Below, piece after piece: positions 12,314 to 22,982 of a DNA stretch of 64,000 bases. The notes under the pieces are model-generated. The model saw nothing but the letters and a program-made list of their open reading frames with translations, was not told the origin of the DNA and searched no databases. The translations under genes were made by a program, and so were the position numbers. This stretch comes from Azolla caroliniana (taxonomy: Eukaryota; Plantae; Polypodiophyta), in the NCBI GenBank assembly GCA_043228905.1, contig JBHGNT010000017.1, positions 3,720,001 through 3,784,000 of the forward strand, read 5' to 3'. Each line of letters starts with the position of its first letter. Positions within the stretch are counted from its first letter, which is position 1.

Positions 12314-12742
12314 TGTTGAGAGACAAGCTCAACATCGGCCGGATCGGCTGAAGATGTCGAGGACCGGATCGGTTGGGACCGATCGGTTAGGCCGAATGCG
12401 TAAACCGGTACGCAGACCGGTGCGTAGGTAGGGCCGGATCGGTGCGTAAACCGGGAGGCCGTTAGGAAAGATATTCCGTGAGGAATATATTTGGGAGTTA
12501 GTGTAGGAGCTCTTAATGAGCATTGAAGTACTATCAGTACTTCGGTCAGTCCTTCTAGGACTTGTATAAAAGTGTTCATTGAACACACATATGTACAGAG
12601 TATGTTGAATATAGTTCTTGTGTGTTCTCTCACTCTCTCTGTCTCTCCCGCGTATACTGCGTAAGCTCAAGCTCTCCATTAAACCTGTGTTTTCTTCCTT
12701 CTGTTCGGTCTTCATACTTGCTTCCGCACGTTACTCTTTACA
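12314..12742 (+). repeat. 3' LTR of outer copia element
   Basis: 429 bp, TG...CA, followed by TSD AGAAC. Confidence 0.97.
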
Positions 12743-12747
12743 AGAAC

Positions 12748-12814
12748 CCATGCACAACTTGGAGGGCTTCCTTGATGGGTCAAGTCACTAGACAAATGGG
12801 CCATTAAAGGATAC
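12748..12814. mobile_element. Distal part of the right arm of the foldback/MITE-like element split by the copia insertion
   Basis: Its reverse complement matches about 692-760 (ccatcaaggaag core, gtatc terminus). Confidence 0.7.
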
Positions 12815-14089
12815 TATACTGCAAGGAAATACAATCATTTCTTAATATGAATCCAGCTCATAATTAACTCATCCTCATCATTTAGGAGTTCACACTACAT
12901 ATATCATACAAGCTTCAAAATAGTTCATAACATGTAGAAAGAATATCATTCCATCTACTTACCATCCGTTCTTTATGATTAAGAGTACATATATATTGGT
13001 GCACATGGTTTCATAAACTGATAAAACACAAACTTCTTATTAATCAGAGATTTGTATTATATGATAATTAGAGTTTATGAATCAGATCAAGAATAAAAGA
13101 GCTTGGACAACTCATGAAAGGTCCTTGCATCTAAGAAAATGGGAGTACAAAATTGCAATAAAACTTTCTTCCATGTGGTCTTTCATTGCCCCGACTACAA
13201 AGACGGGGCTATGAGGGTCCCTCAAGTCCTCCAGTGTTGTGTGTGGGTGTGGGTGGGTTTTGTGCACAAGTTGTATGCAACTCATACCGTTCTTACTCAA
13301 GTCCAAACCCTTTTTTGGAATTATCTTATTAGAAATATTCCATAATCCATGCATATTTGTACCCATGAATGTGATGATAGATATATCAAAATACAAAGGG
13401 ATAGTTGGAACAAAAAATCTAACCTAAATGACCGATATGGACAAGATGGGGATTGCATGTGTCGCACATTCAAACATGTAAGCATGCATATACATCTACA
13501 TTCACACGAAAGATAGAAACATACATGCAAATAGATGAGAAATTAGAGACTTATTAGAGGGACACGAATGGGACGAGGAAAAATTAGTAACTTACTCAGG
13601 GTCACAAATGAGATGAAAAAGGCGAACTACTAAGGGAGGGATTTCAACACATAGATAAAATTTCAATCAGGATGATTATCTTGGAGGTGAACAAACTCAT
13701 TGGTATGTTGGACGGCCCAGAAGATATTGAAATTATTGAGCAATATATAACGTGGAGAAATAAGTGATTGAACCATGGTTAAAAGGGACCACTAAAGTCA
13801 AACGCCACAATTGAATCAAGAGAGTCTGAGAAGATAAACTTGATCGATGATGATCCTCGCGAAAGTGACATGGTCAGTCAGGAGCACTTATTGTGAATGA
13901 AAAAGTGTCTGTAACTTAGTGCCGGAGCTCAGGATTTCAGAAGTAAAAGGCGGTGCTCGTCGCTCTGACAGATTTCAGAAGGACTTTTCGTCTACAGAAG
14001 GTGTGCAGGCTGCAGCTCGAGAGTCGACAAAAGGCGTTACTCCGAGCTCGATCTGAGGTGCTCGTTGCCCGCTCTCACTCTCTCTCATG

Positions 14090-14237
14090 TCCGGGTTGAG
14101 TCTCTTAAGTTCTAACTTCTGAATCTTGACCAGCTCAAACCGGTTAAGTAGGCTCAAGGCTGAACCGAGCCGAGCCGAAACGTTAAACCATTTCAACCCG
14201 GTTTAAAGACTCAGTTCAGGCTTCGGCCGAGCCATTG
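14090..14237. mobile_element. Possible hAT-like DNA transposon end (relic)
   Basis: Dense AACCG/CGGTT/GAGCC motifs ending in gagccattg (CAATG on the minus strand). A related sequence lies at 15700-15812. No partner TIR or TSD found. Confidence 0.35.
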
Positions 14238-14419
14238 TCTACTCCTAATTGTCAATTCGTCATTGCTTGGGAATGCTTCCATAAAAGGTTCACATGTGCA
14301 ATCTAGTGAAATTGTGCATATTCTAAATATTGTTGGTTATGCCTCACCAAATACAACCAATTCTTATAGCGTCCATGGTAGTGCACTTGGATAGAAGATG
14401 TGAAGCTACTGGACATAAC

Positions 14420-15126
14420 TGACGGGAACTCACCGCTCCTTATGCGCAACGCTTGGCCACAACTGAGCTTAGAATGATACACAGAAAACGGGAAATGAAA
14501 AACACGCGACACAAAGGAGAGAAAAGGGTACAGAGAATGTTTACGTGGAAAACCCAAAGAGGGAAAAAAAACCACGGCAGCCCACAGGCTGCAAACTATC
14601 ACTAAGTTGGAATGTACAAAAAAAACAGTGAGTTCACGAAGGCAACGACCTCGTGCTCACGATCTTCGCCACAAGCGGCGGTTACAACAGAGGCAGCGAC
14701 CTCTTTCTCTCTCTCTCTCTCTCTGTACACTGTTACGTGCTCTCTCTTCTTCTTGCACCAACAAGAAAATGACAACAACCTAAAAGTTTGCCCTAAGTCA
14801 TATTTATACTGATATGACTTTTCGGCTATTTACAAATGTAGCCTCGATGGGCTTTCAGAAACATATTTACGAATATGTCTCTTCCTCCGGTTCGCACCAG
14901 ATCTGCGTCATCCGGCTCTCCGTAGCCGGGTGCTCCTCATCCGGTTCACACCGGGCCTGCACCATCCGGCTCTCCGTAGCCGGGTGCTCCTCATCCGGTT
15001 CACACCGGGCTTGCACCATCCGGCTCTCCGTAGCCGGGTACTCCTCATCCGGTTTCGGCCTCGGCCGAGATTGTTCGTCGGCACTGTTCTTCTCCCTTCC
15101 CATCCGGAGGGACCTGTCTCCCAACA
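14420..15126 (-). mobile_element. Solo LTR (707 bp), probably copia (Tork/Tnt1-like), unrelated to the nested pair
   Basis: TG...CA ends with an imperfect terminal inverted repeat (tgacggga / tcccaaca) and a perfect 5-bp TSD ATAAC at 14415-14419 and 15127-15131. The tttacgtggaaaaccc...gggaaaaaaaaccacgg motif resembles reverse-oriented copia U5 ends. Confidence 0.85.
14880..15055. repeat. 54-bp tandem repeat (about 3.2 copies) within the solo LTR
   Basis: ccggtt recurs at 14887, 14941, 14995 and 15049. Confidence 0.92.
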
Positions 15127-15699
15127 ATAACTAGTTGGAACATGATTTGCATTAAAAATGGCAATACATATTGTGAAGTTGTCACATGCACAGACATATT
15201 ACCTTCATTAGATGTCAAAGATAACGATAAGAGATCATCCCATTTACAGGTGGATGTGCACACGTAATAGCTATTAATTGTCATTAGATGTTGCTCATAA
15301 ATATACAGAGAGAAACCTTTTTCATGTGGATGCATTTGTTAGTGCGTAATCTACGTATCCCTAAAATATGCACAAATCCTAGGTCTTGTATGCACCTAAC
15401 TTTCTCTAGGAATTAATATGTAATGAAGGTTGGAGATAGGTCCATGTGCATATAATGTTATTTTACATAATGTGTGTGTTTGTGTGTTCGTAGCATCATT
15501 CTATAGCATAATGTTTTCTCAAGTCTCGATATTCAACATAGAAACTAACATTTTCATCGCTCTTTAAAAGCTGGAAATTTTGAAGGAGGTGTGCTTGTTG
15601 TGTATGAGTCAACAGAGGGTGTGTTCGTTGCTCATGAGTCAACGAAAGGCATGCTTGGTACACCGAACCCCTAGGAGTCAAGACTCGATTAAGCCAATT

Positions 15700-15812
15700 A
15701 AGCAGGGCTCAAGTTGAACCAAACCAGTTAATGAGCTCAAGCATGAACCCCACCTGAGCCATACCGCCAAAACCGGTTTAATGGGTCGGTTCCAATTTCA
15801 ACCAAACCTTTG
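15700..15812. mobile_element. Second, more decayed hAT-like end related to 14090-14237
   Basis: Shares gctcaag..tgaacc and ccggtttaa blocks, and ends aaacctttg in the same orientation. Confidence 0.3.
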
Positions 15813-17301
15813 CTAAGTAAATAACCATGTAAGCTTTCTTTGTCATTGAGTGTAAGTTTTGATTGATTTAGTGTTAAGTGGTCTATGTGGTGTCACTATT
15901 AACTATGGCACATGGTGTGAACCACCTTTGAACTAGGGATAAGTTGTATTGCAAAGGAGTTTACAAAATATTACTATTCAAATTCATTTAGCATCATAAA
16001 TACAACATGTAATGTTTAAGAGGACATGGAACAATGTTACATTGACAAGGTAGCAACCACATATGTATTTAAGCCAATAAGGTTATCCTATGTTGTTTGC
16101 AGAATATAAATGTCTCGTGTTCTAGTCTCTTGTTGGTTTATGATATATTCCCAATTGTTTAGCACTAACATCACTTTGGTTTATGATATATTCCTAAATC
16201 TTTAACCCAAATGTGTGAGAAAATAAAGGCCAACAATAGTGCTCCAAGGATTGTTCATTACAATTTGAGCCATCATACTCCCACCTCCTATGTATATGCA
16301 CTCTCGCACGGAATATTTTTCAACTCATATCATTGATGAATGAATTGTACTCATAAATTCACATGTAAATTGTGTAAACCACAAGTTTATGGTGAAGAGG
16401 CAAAAACATGGTTTTGATGTAATTATAGTCCTTGTTACCATTCCATTACCAACATTCATAATAGAGTAATTTTGTTATTACCATGATGCTTACAATGGCA
16501 AATTCCTTATTATGAAATGAGTACATACATTTGATGAATTCATCTTTTGCTTCCAATATTTGTTTAAGTATATTCAACTAGGGCATTAGGAAATACAAGA
16601 AAAGGGGATGTACTATGCTTATCCAAATATTTGCTTCGTTATGATTTTGATTATGTGAATCTATAAGACATCTCTTCATCTCAAGAAGAAGGTGGCAATT
16701 TGTCAAATAAAAGGAAGTAATCGATTTTAACTTATCAAAACATATGTACTTCGTTGCATAAAAATACTTGCATAGGCAAACAAAATATCTCCATATTCTC
16801 TGTATTCATTTGAACCTACTAGTACATGAAATTGGGTTCACCTGAACAATGCATGAAAAGCCCTTCTCCAAAGACATTAGTTTCTTGGTTTTTAACTTTA
16901 GGATATGACAAAGAAAGTGAGGTTATTTAGGATTTTTTCGATCTTAAAATATGTGCTATGTTTTTGCTTTAAATGTATCAACATAGTTTATGGATAAAAT
17001 GGTTAGAGTAGAGGTTGGTGATAATAAATAAATGTCAAGAAGAAATCATGTTTCTTGTACTTCCATTGGCATTTATCTCAACATTGTATGATGAATTGCA
17101 CCAAACATGTTGGGAGAATTTAAGCTTGTTCACTTCTATGACTACAATTGATGATTGCAATCTACCATATTTTGTGATGCAACATTCATTGACCTTTTGA
17201 ACTAACAAGTTGTTGGAAATAAGATTATTTGTTATCGCCATAATCATCAAAGTGTCTTGCTTGAAAATTTAATTCAAGTCAATCAAATGCCATTATTATA
17301 A

Positions 17302-17614
17302 GGGAAAAGTACCAGGATACACCTGGAAGTTCATCTATTTACCAGAATGCCCCTGGAAGTTCCAAATTTACCAAACTACACCTATGTCCAAAAAATTCTA
17401 CTTTATAAAGTAATTATACACTCAAATCTACAAGCCCTATTTACCAAAGATGGAAAAACTAGACCCGAACTAGCCCTATTTACCAAAGATTTGAGTGTAT
17501 AATTACTTTATAAAGTGTAATTTTTTGGACATAGGGGTAGTTTGGTAAATTTAGAACTTCAAGGGGCATTCTGGTAAATAGACGAACTTCCAACGGTATC
17601 CTGGTACTTTTCCC
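17302..17614. mobile_element. Mutator-like MITE (313 bp)
   Basis: About 127-bp near-perfect TIRs starting GGGAAAAGTACCAGGATAC, and a 9-bp TSD ttattataa / ttgttataa (1 mismatch). The core has a duplicated agccctatttaccaaagat. Confidence 0.9.
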
Positions 17615-17726
17615 TTGTTATAAATTCTCCCACATGCTACAAACGATTAAACGTAGTATTGAATGTTTATGAACTTTAAACAACAAACTCCATCTAACTC
17701 TTGTTATATCCATCAAATATTGCCAT

Positions 17727-17870
17727 CATCACATGCCTCTATGTGTGCACTCGTAGTGGTTGAAGTTTTGTAAGGATCGTGATCTTTCAATTATATTCAT
17801 CATATGCCTCTTTGTGTGCACTTGTAATGGTTGAAGGCTTGTAAGGCTCGTGATCTTTCACTTATATTCA
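17727..17870. repeat. 71-bp direct tandem duplication
   Basis: catca(c/t)atgcctct...gatctttca.ttatattca at 17727 and 17798. Confidence 0.85.
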
Positions 17871-19836
17871 ATCCTATAACAAGTTTGATTTGATTAAAAA
17901 AGAGAGGGGCAATGCTAATTCAAGGACCGACCTTGATTTTGATAAATTCCATTTTATATCTTTACAAGTCCTCCATGCATGAAAAGACATTTTGTTCTCA
18001 ATGCCTTTATGTTTATATTCCACCAAATGAGATGTCATGCGTGCATAATCAACCTCAAAGCAAGCCCAGTTGCTCAAAATCAGAAAAAAACATTCAAAAA
18101 GTAATACTTATACTTTGCCCAACCTAGTATTCTAAGTGTTTTACCTTCACACTCGTATTCTAAGTGTTAACTCAAGGAGTTTGATCAACAATAGATTAAA
18201 TGTTTGAAAACAAGTTGATGAAAATAAATATGATTTATTAGATGAATAAAAAGTTAGGTAAGGATAAATGCTAAGCGAAAGGATCACACCTAGGTTCCCA
18301 TTACAATCACCAAAACGGTCATTATCTGAAAATAAATTACTCGATAAACTTGATACGCAATTGTACTGAAAGACAATAAGACACTTATAGGAATTGCAAA
18401 GAAATAAGAAGAGAGGAACAATAAACATTTCCCCCACCAAAGAGGCCGAAGCTAGATATATAATTGATCCATGTTGCATTGTTCATATCCTCATTACCTA
18501 AGAAGTCAATCATGCAAAAGAAAACGAATAAGACAAATCAAGTGCAATATTAGACGTTGTTCAAGGAGTTTGAAGAATAACTTTGCCTAAAGGAGGCATG
18601 CCGCATGAGTTCACGATACCACCAAACATTCATGGCTTGCATAAACACCCCAAACAAAGTAACATGTACATAACAAATAGTATGCATTGAATCCAACACT
18701 AGAAATATAATGGATGTTAGTTGATTGAAATAAATACTAAGTATAACTCAGGAGAGAGTACAATGAGTTGGTGGATGCTTAACGAGAGATGGGAAAAGAA
18801 ACCAAAGAGGATGCGGAGAGTATCATTGTCCTTGGTTGAATGGTTGGAAGCAATCAAATATTTGGTCTCGATGCAAAGAGCTACATTGCACAACTTGACT
18901 TTGGTTGAGTCAACACATTTGAAGATATGGTATTGATGACAATGCAAAGTTGTCAGGTACATAGGGGGAGTTATCTAAGGTATCAATAACAATGTGGTCA
19001 ATCATGTACCATCGACCGAAAATTGAAGTGTGGTTTGGGGGAGTGTCGTGAATAACTTCCAAGCTGGAGATTCATGCAACTAACACGAATGCTAAATTTA
19101 GCTTATAAGCAAAAGGTAGTTTTGTAAAAAAATATATTGGGGGAGGGCTTGTCTGTTAACCTTTAAGAATAAGGTAAAACATACCTTAAGACGTATTATT
19201 GACATTCAAAACACATGGATATATAAAAATTCAATGGAAGGAAGGAAGTTAGTTGCATTAGTCCAAGTTCATAAGGATCCGCAGAAAGAAGTTAAGATAG
19301 AGATGGATATAACTTATTACCATGTTTTTACAATAATCTCTTTGTGAGAATAACAATAAATTGAATTGAGCATATTGGAGATATTATTATCATTATCTAG
19401 GTCTTTAATCACATATTTCCATATTTAATTTGCGAAGATTCTAGCCACTAGTTAAGTTACAATTCCTTGACGTCATTTGAAAAACTTATTGCATTAGCTA
19501 TAGCTTTCGATTGTGAAAATATTGGACAACGTTGCATTCACAAGGCTAAAAGCATCGTTCACACATTATGCTTCAACACATTCTTTCATTTCTTAAATTA
19601 CCGCCATATGGAATGTTTTTATATGGTGCTTCGCAAGCCCATATTTTTAGTAAATGAGATTAATCTTGCTTATACTAGCACGGTTTTGTATAATACTTTA
19701 GATGTTAGACATGAATTGACATGCATCAAACTACATGATATATGCTTAGTGAATTCCATCTTAATATCAATAGTAGGGTATAGAAATAGAACACAAATGA
19801 TGAAAAGAGATACAAAGTACCTTGTGTAGCCATTTG

Positions 19837-19908
<72 letters not shown>
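19837..19908. repeat. Compound (CT)n(CA)n microsatellite
   Basis: Directly visible. Confidence 0.95.
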
Positions 19909-19909
<1 letters not shown>

Positions 19910-20409
19910 CATAATATACAATGATCTTTGCAACAAAAAATCTTACTACGCTAACAACCCCTTGTCAACACTCTTTTAATGTTGGCCTAAAATGTCCTTC
20001 TTCTTGCGTTATTATATTTGCATTAATGTGACTGTTTACAACTCCCAATCTTGTCGGTTTCAACAAATATTATGTAACATCAATCATAAGCATAAGTGAG
20101 GTCATCCATTTGGGGAGGAAAGAAGGAAAAACTAGAACCGAGAGACCTACATGGACATATTCTATTGTAGCGTCATCACATCATCTTCTCCACGGTATCT
20201 TCATTAATTAGCAAGGCAACGCTTAACATTAATCTTTGGGCAAAAAGCTCATGAAAGTATACAAACAACGTATTTTTATAGTTGCCGATTTAGTCAAGGC
20301 GAGGTAAACAAAGTGCCGAATCAAAAAACATGACGCTACGATATGCATGACGACAATAGATTGCATAAACGAAGTTGTTTCATGCATTGAGGGTGAGGTA
20401 CACGAAGTG

Positions 20410-21010
20410 TTATATTACGGAACACAAAGATTAAGTGGGTAATAGATGGAAATGAAGGTAATCCGCGGATATATGACAAATAAGGTATGAAACAAACGGA
20501 CTCATTGGCCGAAGACAGGACATGCCAATTGGAAGGTAAGGCAAGCAAGGGAGCTTGCAATCAAAGTAGGTTGGGTAATGGTTATCACATGGAACGGAAA
20601 AGATTAAGTGGGTAATGGACAGAAATGAAGGTAAGCAGAGCATGCACGACAAATGAGGTATGAGACAAACAAACTCATTGGCCGAAGATAGGACATGCCA
20701 ATTGGAAGGTAAGGCAAGCAACGGAGCTTGCAATCAAAGTAGGTCGGGTAATGGTTATCACATGGAACGAAAAAGATTAAGTGGGTAATGGACGGAAATG
20801 AAGGTAAACAGAGCATACACGACAAATGAGGTATGAAACAAACGGACTCATCGGCCGAAGATAGACATGCCAATTGGAAGGTAAGGCAAGCAAGGGAGCT
20901 TGCAATCAAAGTAGGTCGGGTAATGGTTATCACATGGAACAGGAAAGATTAAGTGGGTAATGGACGGAAATGAAGGTAAGCAGAGCATACACGACAAATG
21001 AGGTACGAAA
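20410..21010. repeat. 173-bp tandem array (about 3.5 copies)
   Basis: gattaagtgggtaat recurs at 20429, 20602, 20775 and 20947. Confidence 0.95.
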
Positions 21011-21149
21011 CCATTACGAGAGTTAGGCCACGCGTACTCTGCGGAGGTTAGGTTCGTAGTAGCTGGACGAGTAGATGTGGACGATGTCTCCAGAGGCAGG
21101 GCAGGGCACGACACATTTGCTACAGTTTACAAAAAATAAATAAATTCGG

Positions 21150-22982
21150 GTGGGCACGCAGAGGTGGCATTTCGGGATCGGGAGATATTCGTCGGAAAAT
21201 ATAGGCGGGATACGGAGGCGAGGAGGCGGCATTTCCCGATCCAACAACAACAAACAGCGGCAAAAGATAGAACTTAGAAGGATTTCCGGGGCGGCAGGCG
21301 GCCAAGCGGGCGGTTCCGCCGCCGGAGAACAACACATATTATGTACATATATTGATAAGGGAGTACAGATCACAATCACAGACAGAGACAGAGAACACAG
21401 ACAGACAAGACTCTCTTCCTTTTATCTACTTCCTCCTCCTCCTCCTCCTCCTCCTCTTCTTGTGTACACAGAGATTTCGTTCTTTCTTCTCAGGAAGCAA
21501 ATCAAAAGCTTAACTTTGGCATAAGCGCACCATCCATCCATCGCCATTCATGGAGCATCCAAGAGGTATGTATGTATCAGTATGTATGTATCAGTATGTA
21601 TGTATGTATGTACTCGAGAGTGCTTGCGCCGCGCTTGAGTAATAGAAGTAGAAGAGAAAGAGGAGGACCAGAAAGGATCTTCATCGCTCCCCTATGTTCA
21701 ATCCATGGAGCTTCTTTTGTTCCTGTTCCTGTTTCTGCATCTGCTGCTGCAGATCTATCCATAGTTTGTCGGTTCCAGTGATCATCCGTAATGATGGATC
21801 ATCCATAACTTGTTTGCCTTCGTGCACTTGCACCCCAACTCTCTGCACTGTGTGTCATCCAGAATCTTATTCCTATATCTGCAGGAAATGAAGATACCAT
21901 TCCATTCACAGCTTTGTTCCAATTTTGTTGGTGACAATCGAACGAGAAGTGATGATCCCTACTACTTATTTGTTTCTGGACATTTTCCGTTTCTTTGTTC
22001 CGGCAGAAATTAGTGTATCAGATGCTTTGCTTTCAGCTATTGCTTAGTTAAGGCCATTTCTCTCAATTCATTCATTTTCAACATTCTTCTTCTTTACAGC
22101 TTTTGTATAGATTGATATGTAATCACACCATAGATAGTATTTTGGCAGAGTTTATCATATCATTATATTTGTTATCCAACTCTTATTTCATTCTCGAGGT
22201 TTTCTGTTTCTTCGTTGTTGCAGGTATCGGTTCAGTTCATCAGATTCTTTGCTTTCAGCTATGGCCTCCAGCTTCTGTCAAATTCAAATAATTCTAGATA
22301 TTTGTGGTATGTGACATATATTTCATTTGCTTTTTTCTCATCTGTGGTTGTAGTGGACTGATATTTAGTCACAACATATTTGTGCCATGTTTTTATACCT
22401 CTTTGATTAGAGCCTTTCTTCTTCTTCTTTGCAACTGTTGTGGATTTGATATTGTTCATGCAGTCACCAGATACGTATTTTGTCAGAATGGTCTAAATCC
22501 TTATTTTTTTGAACGGAGTTTTCTGCTTGTTTGTGCTCGCAGAAAACAGTTCAGCAAATTCTTTGCTTTTACATCTCTCACTCTACTTAATTCTAGTATG
22601 CTTTTACACGCCTCTCATTGCTCCATTCTTCTTCTTTGCAGTTTATGTGCATAGTCGCACTGCCACAAGATATATGTCTGCCACATTTATCATCTTCTTG
22701 AAGCCCTCTGTTCATTCATTTGTGCATCTCTTTCATTGCTCCACTCTCAGTATCATGCTGCTTCTATTGCTCCATTCTTCTTCTTCACAGTTGTTGTGGA
22801 TCGACATTTGCTTTCAGTCAGAAGTTATATATTTGTTGAAATGTATCAAATTAATACCTTTTTGAAGATATTGAATTCTTGAAGTTTTAGATTTCTCTGT
22901 ACTGCAGAGAGCAATTCATCAAATCCAATTCTTTTGGCTATGGCTCCCAGTTTGTGTTAACGTCACATTATATTTCCAAAGA
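21150..22982 (+). promoter_or_regulatory. Putative CpG-rich promoter and multi-intron 5' leader of the LETM1-like gene
   Basis: CpG-rich island at 21010-21330, a pyrimidine-rich (CCT)n leader, a donor-like AG|GTATGT near 21565, and acceptor-like sites near 22223, 22542 and 22907. Confidence 0.5.

Larger units (their letters stand above)
991..12742 (+). mobile_element. Ty1/copia LTR retrotransposon, outer (host) element, full length but defective
   Basis: Two 429-bp TG...CA LTRs, TSD AGAAC at 986-990 and 12743-12747, iMet PBS, PPT, and domain order gag-PR-INT-RT-RH. Confidence 0.98.

Noticed and set aside
1863-12715. Numerous long antisense and alternate-frame ORFs over the copia elements
   Set aside because: Expected shadows of GC-rich coding sequence. 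No recognisable motifs.
14814-15134. ORFs with 18-aa repeats
   Set aside because: Translation of the 54-bp LTR repeat.
18100-19100. Possible minus-strand L1 endonuclease relic (GVYAS-like and GD.N-like fragments)
   Set aside because: Too few residues, and not convincingly collinear to call by eye.
20336-21114. Repeated minus-strand ORFs, and the array as a CRISPR-like locus
   Set aside because: These are translations of the 173-bp array. There are no unique spacers, and the context is eukaryotic.
21290-21330. GC hairpin as a Helitron 3' end
   Set aside because: No CTRR terminus follows the hairpin.
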